DNA of 64,000 bases from Octopus vulgaris (GCA_951406725.2 OX597837.1:1922001-1986000); one strand, 5' to 3'. Counted from the stretch's first letter, positions 1 to 13,607 are shown. Numbers and translations: made by a program. Notes: generated by a model not told the origin, from the letters alone.

Positions 1-240
1 TGTAAATCGGCGAAGGTAATAAATCTGAAAAAAATAATCATAATAAAGCCGTGAACAATCATAGAAATATTAAGGTAACAGTTAATGTTTTTTTAAGATA
101 TTCTAGAAAATTTGTATTTCAATTAATATTTTAATTTAAAATATTTGCATAACCGCATTATAACGTTATCTTCAGAAGGACTGCGTTAAACCTGTATATA
201 TATGCGTGTGTATAACAAATGTGTATATTCGTTGGTATTG

Positions 241-323
<83 letters not shown>

Positions 324-1191
324 TATCAGCAAAAGCAATTTGGGGGTACGATGACAAACAAATGCATTATTTAATGAAAGACGACATAAAGAAACCGTAC
401 AAAAGCAAATTATCGGAAAATGTGTGAAAATGAATACAGCGAAGGAGACAAAGCGAAACATGAAATAATTAAAAAATGCAACATTATTATGGATTAAAAA
501 TTCTAAAACATAAAAGTAAAAGAGATAGAGAAAATATTCCACGTTTGAATAAGGTATACAAAACAGCTTATACCAGCTAACGGGTGTAAAGTGAAAAATA
601 TAGAAAATATTAATATTTAAAATTTAACAAAATACTGAATGTGTGTTGCTACGCCGAACGATTTAGTGTATGTTTAAACGGTGCGAAATGGTTAAGATAT
701 TCAATTAATGATTGCAATGTCATGGGTTTGATTTGCGGACCGGGCAGTGATTTGCGGATCAAGCTGCTTCATTTTACTTTGCCGCAATTTACTCGGCTGT
801 AACCGTGTACAACCAGTGTACTGATACAGCTCTATTTATCTATCAGTCACATCCTGGATGCTTAGCTCGGTCAAGAATGGTGGGGGAAACCACTTGAAAT
901 AGCTAACCTGGTACATGTTACCATGTCATTCTCTCTCAAGTATAGACTGACAGAACTAATATGAATACCATTATAAAGGAAGCTGCGCAGTTAATTTGGC
1001 GTCTTTAACTTCATCTAAAAGAAAGTAATTATGAAAGGCTACGCTGTCTAGAAAATTCTGAAAAATCCTAATAGATTTATCAAATTGTAGTTTTCAATAT
1101 AATCAAAATATCAATTCACTGCAAGACAGCAACTTTTTAACACTACACAATAGCGTTCCGTTTTCGTATAACCTGTCTGTCTGTCTGTCTG

Positions 1192-1259
<68 letters not shown>

Positions 1260-1413
1260 ACACACACACACACACACTCTATCTATCTATCTCTCTTAGG
1301 ACTATCACATGAAATCTGTCATATATTTCCGATTCTTAATTTCTTTGTTTTTATTCACTAAGCAAAACATATTTTAAGCTACACTATTTTCGACACATTT
1401 AGGTCATTCTAGT

Positions 1414-1483
<70 letters not shown>

Positions 1484-1539
1484 AATGTTATTTACAGAAA
1501 TTTAGTCAATGATGAAACAATAGTATTATTTAATCAAAT

Positions 1540-1948
1540 AACCGAAAGGAAACATCGTATCAAATTTGAAACAATGTTCTGTGAAAGCAAATGTGTTGGA
1601 ATATAGGCTAGACTATAATTAAATGATGGTGAGACCACATAACCAAAGAACACATTCTACAGAAAGCCAAGAGCACTGATTCAAATCCTATGAGAACGGA
1701 GATTAAATCTAACAGGTCACATAATCCGGCTACCAGAACGACGTCCTTTTAAAACAGCTTTCAGAGGACACTACTGTGTGAATGGAGAAACAAATAAAGG
1801 AAGATTGAAAACTGCATGGCGTAGAAAATTCCGAACCGTCATGAGAAAGGCTAATACCACATGGTCGGAGATAGGGAATACCACAACAGACAGAAACCAA
1901 TGGCGTCAACTTACTGCCCGATATGCTCGTGAGTACAGGAAAAATTGA
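1540..1948 (+). mobile_element. RTE-clade LINE, 3' end of reverse transcriptase ORF (degenerate)
   Basis: ERRLNLTGHIIRLPERRPFKTAF...KGRLKTAWRRKFRTVMRKANTTWSEIGNTTTDRNQWRQL* matches the RTE C-terminal pattern RRLxWxGHxxR...GRPKxTW...W....A.DR..WR. Confidence 0.75.
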
Positions 1949-2009
1949 TACGGAAAATTGTAGAGTAAATAAACTAAAAGTAGAAAGGAAAATGAATTTT
2001 TTTTAAGAT

Positions 2010-2300
2010 CTGGTTACAAGTATTAATAATTAGATGTATACGGCTGTGTACTCTAATCTAGAATATGTTTTGAATATGAGAACATCTAAGTACTTTAACT
2101 GAAGACGGTAAAAAAGGTTAAAGTAAAGGTCATTGCAGCATTAGAAAAGTAATGGAGATTACTTGAAGGGAATTTTTGGGTCAGTAATTAAGTTTGAACA
2201 GCGAACAATAATTAGGTCTAAGATTTATCAGTTAAATTGTGTAAGTTTACAAGATTTCAGGATTTGGGTAATTCAGTAGCTATCGTATAAATTCCCTGAC
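2010..2300 (+). mobile_element. Highly degenerate CR1/L2-like LINE RT fragment
   Basis: MYTAVYSNLEYVL resembles the LYxxLVRPxLEY motif; many stops. Confidence 0.35.
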
Positions 2301-2468
2301 ATAATATTGTGAAGTCGGAAAGTTTGGCGAAGATTCACTTTTCTTGTTCAACACCGACAACGACGTAAATATTTGAATAAATCAATCTATAATGACTTTA
2401 GGGTTCACCATTAGTGTTTTTCTTAATTGTTGACTAACACAGTTACTAGATGGGAAAATTATATATAT

Positions 2469-2552
<84 letters not shown>

Positions 2553-3411
2553 TCTCATACAAGATGGTTCCCATAGCAGACTTAATCACAACTATTATGA
2601 ATACTCTCTCTCTCCACACACACACACACATATATATGAGTGAAAGAGAGGGAGTGGAGTCGTAGGGGAGGGGCTGGGCGTCTGAGTTTCTCTCTGAGTG
2701 ATGCAGATACAGTAGGGTATTTATGTCCAACAATGGGGCAAGAAAGAAAGAAAGAAAATGAAAACATATCACAAGTGAAATTCGCCGATCGATCACCAGT
2801 AAAAATCAATGGCAAGAAATGATTATCAAGCTAAGTATGGAGATCGATATAATTAAGCAACACCTTTGAAGGCGATGCCATATCATGAACAGAGTCGAAA
2901 GATTTAAAGCAATAAAAGGAGAAACGACTATCTTCGTTACTGCGTGTCTACGACTACCTTGTACGGTTTTGTGGGTATGAATTCGTTACGACGTGTACAG
3001 TTATAGCTGATCATTGATGATATAAAGTTTAGTTACATACAATTGCAAAACTACTATTACACATGCCCGGTAGTCGTTCCTGGGCAGGTCATATCTTTTA
3101 AATGTACTGCTTTATAAGTTCAACAATGGCGCACTTAAATAATTGTTAACATGTCAGCGGGCTGTTTTTATGGCCGTCTCTAAGCTCTATTCTAACTCAC
3201 GTCTCTTATCTGCCAATATCGACATCTGGGGGGATGGGGGGGACATCTGATCTTCTCAAATATATTAATTGATGACTGAACACGGAGTGAGATGTGATAA
3301 ATATCCTGAATTCAATATGTACATGTACATATTGTCTTTATGTAAAGATGTAGTGACAGCTAGATAAAAGAAGAGCTGTGTGTGAGTGTGTGTGCGTCTA
3401 CATATATAGAC

Positions 3412-3492
<81 letters not shown>

Positions 3493-3538
3493 TAGATAAA
3501 TAGATCGATAGAGAGAGAGGGGGATATGTGTGCGTGCA

Positions 3539-3596
<58 letters not shown>

Positions 3597-4359
3597 TACA
3601 CAAACACACGCACAAAGATGAATGGATATATATAGTAAGATATGGCTAGGGAGGCTGAGAGAAGGCTATTTGTTGGTGTGCATATATGTGTGTTTAACTC
3701 AAACATCGGGAAATGTTTTAGATAGGTATAGACCCAAAGCTACGCATGCTCAACCGGATGTAGATATAATAGAAACACACAGTCAAAATCCTTCGTTAAT
3801 AGCAGGTCTGTTTCTGCCCGTTTCTCTTTTATACAAAGAACCTCTCTTGGACATGGAATTTACTGTTATGGTCCAATAGTTGCATCGAATTTACATAAAA
3901 CAATAATGGACCGATCGACATCAAAAAGTTACTCTCATGTTTTTACATTCAATACGTACATAAAGCCGTACATTCTGTGCGTACACGCATACACACACAC
4001 TAATACGTGCATACATACACACGTACATATATATATAATAAGTGATGAAACAGGAGAGAGCGTGTAACAGAGGAAGAGGGGAAATGTTATTCACATGTGT
4101 TCAGCAGTCTGTGTGTGTGTGTTTTGTTCGGTTGTATATGTGTGCTGCACAGACATTACTAGATGCTTCATTGCTAGTGATAATTATAAAAGAAATATTT
4201 TTTGGCGGCGAGCTGGCAGAATCGTTACTGCACCGGTCAAAATGCTTGGCAAAATTTCGTCTCGCTCTTTACGCGCGGGGATCAATGTGATCGTCTTGAC
4301 TCCTCACTCTTGAAGAAATGCTGAACTTGTGTCAAAATTTGAAACCATTATTATTAATG

Positions 4360-4640
4360 TTGGAAGAATGGCCTGTGAAAGGACCAATTCTGAGCGTGCA
4401 CCTGTAAAGAAAAGAAAGGCTCTTGCCCTGTTGTCCATGCACCCGTGGCTTTTGTCGGTTTTTCCACGAGGACCTTAAAGCGCCTCCATTTTTTGGAGTT
4501 TAATTTAATTTATAATTTATATTGTGTACACGCGAAAACCCATTCTATCGTCCTGTTTTTGTCTTTAATGTTGTTATATGTCTTTTAATGTTATTTTATG
4601 TGAGCCCTTGTGGCCAATAAAAAAATAAATTATTATTATT
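4360..4640 (+). mobile_element. L1/Tx1-like LINE 3' UTR fragment
   Basis: Shares gcacccgtggcttttgt...gaggaccttaaagcgcctcca with the copy at 9200-9390; ends in AATAAA plus an (ATT)n tail. Confidence 0.65.
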
Positions 4641-4654
4641 GTTGTTATTATTAA

Positions 4655-4835
4655 GGCGGCGAGCTGGTAGAATTGTTAGCGGAATTTCACCCGTCGCTAC
4701 GTTTTGAGTTCAAATTTCGCCGAGGTCGACTTTACCTTTCATCCTTCCGGGGTCGATAAAGTACCAGTTAAATACTGGGGTCTATGTAATTGACTATCCC
4801 CCTCCGCCAAATTCAAGGCCTTGTGCCTATAGTAG
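4655..4835 (+). mobile_element. tRNA-derived SINE family A
   Basis: Head ggcggcgagctggtagaa...gagttcaaatt (A/B boxes), central gtcgactttrcctttcatccttycggggtcgataaa, (ATT)n tail. Confidence 0.8.
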
Positions 4836-4840
4836 TAAGG

Positions 4841-4899
<59 letters not shown>

Positions 4900-5584
4900 G
4901 ATAATGGCGATATTTTATGATTATTATGATGGTCATGATATAGAATAACAATGATAGGTGATGAGGATGAAACTGATGATGGACGTGATGATGATGATGA
5001 TGATGACGAGGTTGTTTAGAGCGTTCAGCTTGTTTTATTCCTAGCTTCATTGATCACTGATCTATACAGACACAGTTCAATGCGTTTGACAAATGTCAGA
5101 GAACAACACACAGACATTATATACATACACACACACACATATATATCAAGCACTTACATATACAAATGAGGGTGCGAGTTTATATGTGAGTGTAGTGTGT
5201 GTTTATACATTTATACATACATGAATATTATTACATGCCCCCCCCCACACACACATATATATATATACAAACACATCCATATATATACATATATACGTGT
5301 GTGTGTGTGCGCATGTTCTTATATACTAATACTGTTTGCATGTATGTGAGTGTATGCGCATTTGAATGTTTGTGTGTGCTGTGTTCCATTGTGTACTAGT
5401 GTATGTATAAGCGTGAATATATTTTTGTTCTGTGAATGTATAATTTGTGGTCTTTAATTGAAATTATCTACGGTTGTGCACGAACAAATATAAAAGAACA
5501 ATATGAGAATAAATATGTAAATAAGTATAAAATAAATATACATGATTATATATCTATTCATATACGTATACATGCATTTGTGTG

Positions 5585-5624
<40 letters not shown>

Positions 5625-5629
<5 letters not shown>

Positions 5630-5834
5630 CGGGAAGCTTTATGAAAATAAACAAAAGACGAAGACAGGTGGAGTACAAACAAATAATTGTATTAATATGG
5701 CGCTCAGGAATATAAATAAAACAAGTCTTTTACGTTTCGAGCCTACGCTCTTCAACAGAAAGATACACAGAAAAATAAAACACGGAGAGAAACAAGGAGA
5801 GAAAGAAAATGCGGGCAGAAGCTAGTGATTCAAC
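5625..5834 (-). mobile_element. Penelope-like pseudo-LTR fragment
   Basis: Sits between (TA)n tracts, carries a minimal hammerhead at 5726-5763, and has an architecture similar to 56370-56600. Confidence 0.6.
5726..5763 (-). ncRNA. Minimal hammerhead-ribozyme-like motif (CUGUUGA core variant)
   Basis: Minus strand TCTTT CTGTTGA A GAGC gtag GCTC GAAA CG TA AAAGA: 5-bp helix I, 4-bp helix II, palindromic ACGU helix III, GUA triplet; core A6 replaced by U. Confidence 0.6.
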
Positions 5835-6040
5835 ATATATATATATATATATATATATATTTGTGCAAATGTATTGACGGCTATGTATATATACATGCAT
5901 ATGTTTGATACCTATATATTCACAATTATACACACACAGAACACATAATTGTATTATAATACACGTATTTATAAGCACGTATGTATGTATATCTCATATA
6001 CGCATAATTAATGTTACTCTAATTTTCTTTGTCTTTGCAG

Positions 6041-6206
6041 TCAAATTTCAACTCTGGTTACAGATGCTCTCACAGATATTTCCGACCAATTCCTCAACGA
6101 TGAGGGAAAGTTCACGTTCTTCGTTCCTGGCAATATGGCTCTGAAGTACCATTCATTGGAGAAAATTACGTCTATTCTCCAAGAACCAGTTTACGAAAGA
6201 TCAAAG
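6041..6206 (+). CDS. Fasciclin (FAS1-domain) cell-adhesion protein, internal exon A (N-terminal part of FAS1 domain, H1 motif)
   Basis: Acceptor ttttctttgtctttgcag and donor AAG|gtaaat. 166 nt, phase 2 to 0. Translates QISTLVTDALTDISDQFLNDEGKFTFFVPGNMALKYHSLEKITSILQEPVYERSK; FTFFVPGNMAL matches the FAS1 H1 motif T(V/I)F(A/V)PxNxAF. Upstream exons appear to lie outside the window. Confidence 0.88.
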
Positions 6207-6420
6207 GTAAATTCGATATGGAATTCCTTGTCCCTGCTTCCATTATATTTTTTACACAATGCCCTCCTCCAATTCTCCTATGTCGCTTTCTGATTATCTG
6301 TCTACCTTTATCTCTAAATCTACTTCACCCCGTCTTTCTTGGGTGTCTACATAAATAATATACGCATACATATGTAGATATATGTGTGGGGGCGTGCGCT
6401 TGTGTGTATGTTTGTGTAAC

Positions 6421-6700
6421 ACGTCGCGTGGCCTAGTGGTTACGCGTGTTGCACTCACGACCATGAGTTCGTGGGTTCGATTTCCAGACCGGTAGCAAAG
6501 CACTTCATTTCAAGTAACCCCAATCCACGTAGCTGTAAATGCGTGAACGTTCGATGGAGTAGCATTCCGATTGGGGGTGGATTGTTATCCTGCTCGCCCA
6601 GACAGCGGAGTGACATCATTCGAAAGATAAAACGACGCCAAATGCATTGTGACCAGCGTTGTATAACAACATCCGGTAACCTGGTCGATTACGTGAAATT
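6421..6700 (+). mobile_element. tRNA-derived SINE family C
   Basis: gtggcctagtggtta...gtgggttcgatttcc A/B boxes; the 3' part matches the reverse complement of 50820-50900. Confidence 0.7.
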
Positions 6701-7748
6701 AAAAATATCTTTTTGGTGCGAGATTTTTTCGTTCCTGAATTAAGTAACTCTTGTATATCTTAGTAAATATTGCGAAACTGTTTCCGGCGAGACTGAGGTC
6801 AATACGGAATGGTTGACCTCATACAAGATCTGGTTCCCGCTGAATTATTTTATCATTAAAATCTCCGTCTCATTCTCTCTGACCCCGTTTAATACTATGT
6901 TACATAATAAATTTATGTCTATCCCCCACTTCTTCGTCACTCCTTCTAACCATCTCTCTCTCTCTCTCTCTCTCTTTATTTCCCTTTTTGTCAAATTTAT
7001 TCACCCCTTCATGCTTCTTCCGTGCAAAGCCTTGAACGTCCCTATGACATAAATTGTCATTGTCAGCCAAGTGATAAACAACGTTAATCTTGGACCGATT
7101 CTTGTCGATTTCAGGAAAAGATTCCATTGTCTCTTCTTGAAAAAATTCCTGTCATGGCTATAAATACTTTCCAAACAAACTTGAGTTGGCAATGCTACAT
7201 AGCCACACATCTTAATTCTGAGCCGCCTGTGTTGAAACTGCTCTTACGCAGTTACTTAATTGGAAAAATATTATCAGGTTTGGGACCAAAAGCGTCTTCC
7301 CGAAGGTCCAATCTACGTCATCCGTGTGGCTACGAAGTGGCTCTGATGAAGAACGGTTATGTAATTATACAGTTAATTAACTGAGTATAACTTTTTTCTT
7401 CACGGCCTCAGCCCTCATTAACTTTCTAAGATATAAAATAGTTGAAATACTGTTGATAGTGGTGAGTATGGCCCCAGTAAATGGAACCTATTGTCAGCAA
7501 GTGGGTATTGGCCAGAGAACACACGTGAGAGACGGCACATGCTCTTGGCTATAAAGATATACTGGATGTGTAAGGGTCCCTTTGTGACCCTCATGTAGCT
7601 CTCCTATTTCCTACGTTTTATTATATCTCTTAATTGTAATGCCACAATCACCCGAAACCCTTAGGAAAATATAAAAAGCTATTTAGAAAATTATTATTAT
7701 TAATATTATTATTAATTATTATTATTATTTTTTTTTTTTTTTACCGAA

Positions 7749-8051
7749 GGCGGCGAGCTGGCAGAAATGTTAGCACGCCGGGCGAAATGCGTAGCCGTAT
7801 TTCGCCCGTCGTTACGCACTGGGGTCGATGTAATCGACTTAATTCGTTTGTCTGTCCTTGTTTATCCTCTCTGTGTTTAGCCCCTTGTGGGTAGTAAAGA
7901 AATAGGTATTTCGCCTGTCGTTACATTTTGAGTTCAAATTCCGCCGAGGTCAACTTTGCCTTTCATTCTTTTGGGGGTCGATAAATTAAGTACCAGTTGA
8001 GTAATCGACTATCTCCCTCTCCCAAATTTCAGGCCTTGTGCATATAGTAGA

Positions 8052-8054
<3 letters not shown>
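7749..8054 (+). mobile_element. SINE family A, dimeric form
   Basis: Head, then linker ttaattcgtttgtctgtccttg...gtaaagaaataggtatttcg, then a second B-box/central unit; (ATT)n tail. Confidence 0.8.
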
Positions 8055-8106
<52 letters not shown>

Positions 8107-8659
8107 GAGTGAGAGAGCAGTTGATGCCATCAAAGTGACACTGGGGTAAAATATACGAAGCCCAATATACCCATCATGACAACCAGTCTGATAAGGGTAC
8201 ACCAGGCACATGCATCACAACCATATGTGCGCGACATGGTGATCTCATATCAAGATAAACAGCACATGACCTTGCAGGTGGGGCCCAGTTAGAATTTTCT
8301 TCAGGTTGAGTAGCCCATCCCGCTCAAAAGGTCCCTGAATAAGGGTTGTTTAAGGATGTTGAAAGAACCACCCATGTTTCCAGAGGTGAATTATTCAAAC
8401 CCCAAAGAATCCCTCTCAACACATGGCTATGATGCTCCCCCACTACTTCCGCTCGTGATCAGAGATGCACATATCGTCAGCCACTAAGAGACATGCTCAA
8501 CTGGATAAGGTCAAACAACTGACAAGCAAATCTGTGGTATTGAGCAGAATATTTGCTGTAGCCCATCTTTTATATCAAGGCAAAACAATGTACATGATAA
8601 CACTTCCAATCAGTTAAGATCAGAAGCCATAAGAGCCACTGCCTGGTACTGCATCAGGG

Positions 8660-8661
<2 letters not shown>
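8107..8661. repeat. Interspersed ~550-bp repeat inserted in (ATT)n
   Basis: Bounded by (ATT)n on both sides; segment 8400-8560 has a diverged inverted copy at ~63088-63250. Confidence 0.65.
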
Positions 8662-8731
<70 letters not shown>

Positions 8732-8869
8732 AATTCCACCGATGTCGACTTTCCCATTCATGCCTTTCGGAGACGATAAAATATATACCCGTCAATTACT
8801 GGGGTTGATGGAACCGCCTATTCCCCTCCCCAAATTTTCAAACCTGGTACCTAAAGTAGAATATTATTA

Positions 8870-9379
8870 TTACTGACCTGTGGGTTTATGTCGAACACCT
8901 GCTGTCGAGTGTAGGACAGATCCAGCTATCAGTTGAATCCATCATGAGGATTGCGTCGCCGCCTTCTTTTGGCAGGGAGGAGTAGGCAATTTTTATTTGT
9001 CTCGTGGCTGTAGTTAAATAAGTAGTATGGTGGACCCGTTTGAAAGGGCTAAAGACAGACACTTAGCCAAGCCCTCAACTTTTTCAAGTATCACTTGAAA
9101 AGGAAGTTGAGGGTGAAGAGGAAAGTGTTGCTTTCAAGCAAACTTGTTGGAAGATGGGTGAATGTTGGAGCATACATCTGTGAGAAATAAAAGGGTTGTT
9201 GCCCTGTTGATCAGGCACCCGTGGCTTTTGTGGGGTTTTCCATGAGGACCTTAAAGCGCCTCCACTATTGGGAGTTTTACTTGTTTAATTTACTTGTTTT
9301 TTTATTCTTTACACACGGTAAAACCCATTGTATCGTCACGTTTTAGTATTTTATGTTGTATGTCATTTAATGTTTATTT

Positions 9380-9390
<11 letters not shown>
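8870..9390 (+). mobile_element. L1/Tx1-like LINE, ORF2 C-terminus and 3' UTR (5'-truncated)
   Basis: DLWVYVEHLLS...IFICLVAVVK*VVWWTRLKG...NFFKYHLKRKLRV...RWVNV matches the L1/Tx1 ORF2 end pattern (K..IW..R...F...W); followed by (ATT)n. Confidence 0.7.
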
Positions 9391-9438
<48 letters not shown>

Positions 9439-9537
9439 TCATTATTATTATTATTATCATTATTATCATCATTATTATTATCATTATTATTATTATTATG
9501 TCTTCTCGGTTGCATCTCCCCTATTTATCTATTACAG

Positions 9538-9652
9538 TTAATATTGCGACATCTAATTACGGACCACATATTGCCGCTGTCTGAGCTCAGCACTCACAGA
9601 TTGAGTAACTTAATGAGAAAAGAAGGAATGGAAGTAACCAAAGACAAAAAAG
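9538..9652 (+). CDS. Fasciclin gene internal exon B (central FAS1 LxxH motif)
   Basis: Acceptor ctatttatctattacag and donor AAG|gtaact. 115 nt, phase 0 to 1, which exactly bridges exons A and C. Translates LILRHLITDHILPLSELSTHRLSNLMRKEGMEVTKDKK(G), matching the FAS1 LLxYH(V/I)...L...(D/E)L segment. Confidence 0.85.
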
Positions 9653-10150
9653 GTAACTATTTTCACCAAACTCAGTAATTTAACGTTTAAATTCCTCTGA
9701 GACTCTTTTTGCCATTTTTAATTTTTCTCATTATTTTATCTCACCTAACAATTGTATCGATTTGAAATCCCACCCCATTGTCTAAAAAACTGAAAGTGAC
9801 ATTTGATAATGGAATCTTAGATACACTACGTCAGAATTATAAACAAGATTCTTTGACTATTGTCATTTCTTACAGATCTAACCAATCATGGGTGATCTGG
9901 ATCAGAACACAAACATGCTACATGTTACCTTGAATTGCAGTCGATCTTAAGAACTTTCGGTCAAAATTCTGTATTAAGCCTCTATATACCGAGTTTCTTG
10001 GTTGGCTAGCAAACATAGAAATGGTTCTAATGGAGTTGTTCTTGTTAATTGAAACTGTTTTAGCTATGTTCTTCCTTATGGCTATAATTTATGCCTCACT
10101 TTATATAAACAATAAATATTGCTCAAGAAAATACTTGAACATGCCGCACA

Positions 10151-10254
10151 TATTTATGCTTATCCCATAATTGCTCTGATTATATATATTAATTATATAG
10201 TATTTATGCTTATCCCATAATTGTTCTAATTTCATGTATTAATTGTGTAGTATT
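10151..10254. repeat. 50-bp tandem duplication
   Basis: tatttatgcttatcccataattg starts at both 10151 and 10201. Confidence 0.85.
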
Positions 10255-11267
10255 CAGTGGTATATTGTTTACATTGTAGACTAGTGTTGGGATAATTCGT
10301 AGAAGTTTTGGATAGAATACTACGTGACATTTGATCCGAATCCCAAAGCTGAGTTTTGTATGAAATGCCATGTGGTGTGCTATCCAAAGTTCAGAACTTA
10401 GGTACCAGACTTAAACAGGAAAAACGAAAAACATAGGTACTAAGAGCCGATTTCTTCGACTTTAGCTCATCAAAACGGTGCTCAGAATGACTGCAGTCCA
10501 ATGACCAAAGAACAAGAGTTACCGTTACAATATGTAGAATCTCAAATACAATAAACGCAATAGTAAATTTGCTGTGGAAAGCGTCAGCCAAGATTCCAAA
10601 GAATTCGTATTCAAAGATTCAGATCTCATTACCAATTTATTTACTCCAGATAATGAACAGAATTTACAGAAAAATTTGGAAGAATGTTAAAATTTAATCA
10701 TGGTTTTATAATCAATAAAATATACCTCTTAAGCATAATTAAAATTTTAATTTAAATTCATGAAATATTTATGAGCTAAAGTTTTAAAATTAACTGTATC
10801 TTATCTACGGTTTTAATTAGCAATAAAATAACTTTCAATCAATGTTTATTTGAAGAACTGCACCAAAGTGTGCAGCAATAATTATGTCAGTATGTCTATA
10901 TTCCAGAAACTGCTATTATTTATCATAAAACTGTCACACATCGTTTCGTATATGAAATATATAATCGCTCTCAGATAAGTAATTCAGCCACATAAGAAAT
11001 ATGCAAATATTGAGCATTAACTAAATATTATGGTAAATATTATTTTCTGAGAGGTTCGTTAGTCATAAATAAATAAATAAATACTTGTTTAATTTATTTT
11101 ATTTTTATTTTGTGAATTCATTATCATAAAACTGCGCAAACGCGGATATTGTATTTGTCTGGCCAGCCGATCGGTTTCTGTGGCTTTCATGTCAGAGCTT
11201 TCAATCAGTGTATTCACCATTGGAGCAGCGCATGCTTTTGTGTTGATATATACATATATATATATAT

Positions 11268-11640
11268 TACTTGTTTCAATCATTGACCCGTAGCCGTTCT
11301 GAGGCATGGCTATGAAGGGTTTACTTTAACAAATCGACCCAAGTACGTATTCTTTCAGTCTGATACTTATTCTATCGGATCTTTTGCCAAAACAGACCAA
11401 CACCCTTTGCTGAGCAGTAGGCCGCAAACATAATGTCACACACACGCAGAGATCGATACATATATATATATATATATAACATGAGGAGCTTCTATCAGTT
11501 TCCGTCTACCAAACCTCACAAGGTCTTCATCAGCTCGGGGATACTGCAGAAGATATTTTTGTCACGCGTAATGCAGTGGAACTGAACTCTAGGCTGTATG
11601 GTTGGGAAGAAAACCTGTTATCCCGCAGGCATGCCTGCTC
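11268..11640 (-). mobile_element. tRNA-derived SINE family B (CORE-like) with internal microsatellite
   Basis: tcagtttccgtctaccaaa...ctgaactc...atggttgggaag is the reverse complement of the family head; the 3' portion lies at 11268-11420. Confidence 0.65.
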
Positions 11641-11654
11641 ATCTAAGTAGCGTT

Positions 11655-11715
11655 AGCATGCTGGGAATCGAACCCGGACAGTCTGCGTGAAAGCTAGCAA
11701 CTCCAAGTGCTTGAC
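11655..11715 (-). pseudogene. tRNA-like fragment (Glu-TTC-like anticodon arm and T-loop)
   Basis: Minus strand ...ctagCTTTCACgcagactgtccgGGTTCGATTCCcagcatg; no intact acceptor stem or D arm. Confidence 0.35.
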
Positions 11716-12079
11716 ACTGTCGAAATATTATGATGAGTCAAATGCTCATTGAGTTAACGAGTTAGTGGCTGAGTATCCCAAAGACATGAACCCGTAACTG
11801 TCAGACGGATTCGGCTGCCTTCTATGAATTTCTAGAAAATGCTTTTTATAAGTTGCGTCATCTTGAATATTTTGGAATGACAAATGCACAAAATGCTGCG
11901 CAGCGGGATTGAACCTGGGATTTCATGGTGACGGATATAAACAAACCTTCACCATACTGTCCTACGGATTGTTCTCAGATTCTGCACACAGCGCACAAGG
12001 ACATATATACGTATCACGTGGTTGGTGCATTCAAAACTATACCAAGGCAACAAAGGAGTGCGGTAATAAGAAGGAACCT

Positions 12080-12110
<31 letters not shown>

Positions 12111-12193
12111 TATATACGCATACATAAATTACACACACGTCATGTATGTGTATGTATTTATAGTTTCATTTGTCTACACACACATATATATAT

Positions 12194-12228
<35 letters not shown>

Positions 12229-12778
12229 CATGTATATATATATATATATATACACGAGTTCATATACAAGCAGATGCATACATACTTAAACATGTGTCTG
12301 TGTATATATGCGTGTACATACATTCCTAGAGATACACGTGTTGGAGAATATATTACATATATATATATACATACATACATACACTTATATATATATAAAT
12401 TGCATACGCGCACACACATCCATGGTTGCGCTATTCAACAGTTTGCCACTCGAGAAGCACCGAGGGTGGACGGAGACAGTCGAGGTCAACAGTTTCTGGT
12501 TACCGCTCCAGCTGCTAGTCTCCTTGATTTATGCATTTCAACATCAAGTGCTGTTCTGGGGTCATTGCTAAGGGCAACTATACCGTTTCTATGAGGTTAG
12601 TTGAGTGGGTTTCATAAATAAAGTGATCTGAAAATGCTGGAGGGATTAGAAATAGAAGACTTGGCTGGATTGGGTGTTTGGGTGCGCATATGTATTACAT
12701 ACATACGTACACAAATAACTGCATACATATTGCACATAGATACAATTGTATACGTAAGCATGTAGGTTCGTATTCACG

Positions 12779-12818
<40 letters not shown>

Positions 12819-13426
12819 CACATGCTTGTATGCATATATACGTTTATTATATCTGCATCAGATTTTGTGCAAGTGTGTACCTGAGGTGCATGTGTTTTCT
12901 CAATTAGTAGAAACTTACATTTGATACGTAAAAGAAAACATTTTCTTCATTCTAAAACTATTTTTAATATCAGAACCGAGATAAAAGCGATAGGATTGGA
13001 CTGATAGTCAATATGGATATTTAATACATCCACACACACATCTAACTTTTATATATGTTTTATGCAGCGTAGGAAGTGCAATCTTGGTTATGGCATATAA
13101 CCGATCGGAAAGCAACTGTTGGTTTCGCTTCCACTCGACTACATAAGTATAACTGCTTAAAATTCTTTTAGAGTGTGCTTTCTCTCTAACTTGAGGGACA
13201 ACTCACACACAATGCCCAATGTAACTGCTAACTTTTAATAGAGCAGGCTTACATAGTCGGGCTGTTACTTAATATCCCGTTGAACTCGTAGTTCGAACCC
13301 GATTGATAAGGCTAACCCTCAGCTCTAAAGACCCAGAGATACATAATAGGGCTGTTATCCAACATCCCGCTGAAAATCCTAGTGCGAAACTCATTGGTAA
13401 GATCGACCATAAGGGATATATAATAC

Positions 13427-13460
<34 letters not shown>

Positions 13461-13607
13461 CATGAAAACACACACACATGCACATACATACTCGTATCAT
13501 CATTATTTTATGGAAACGTCCTCTTAATCCAGGCGTATGAATTGGAAGTAAAAACATCAATTTGTATTGTGTTGTGAGGTTTGAAAACACTGACTGATAA
13601 TGCGAAA

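Noticed and set aside
6421-6495. Possible tRNA gene
   Set aside because: A/B boxes are present, but it continues into a SINE body shared with 50815-51105 and has no acceptor stem.
6794-6821. 9-bp perfect hairpin tgaggtcaa/ttgacctca
   Set aside because: Short enough to arise by chance or from a repeat relic; no supporting context.
7115-7277. Phase 0-to-1 open segment that could bridge fasciclin exons A and C
   Set aside because: No FAS1 similarity, weak splice sites, and it resembles a decayed PLE GIY-YIG region; exon 9538-9652 fits far better.
7340-7380. CTGATGA as a hammerhead core
   Set aside because: No properly placed GAAA/helix III downstream.
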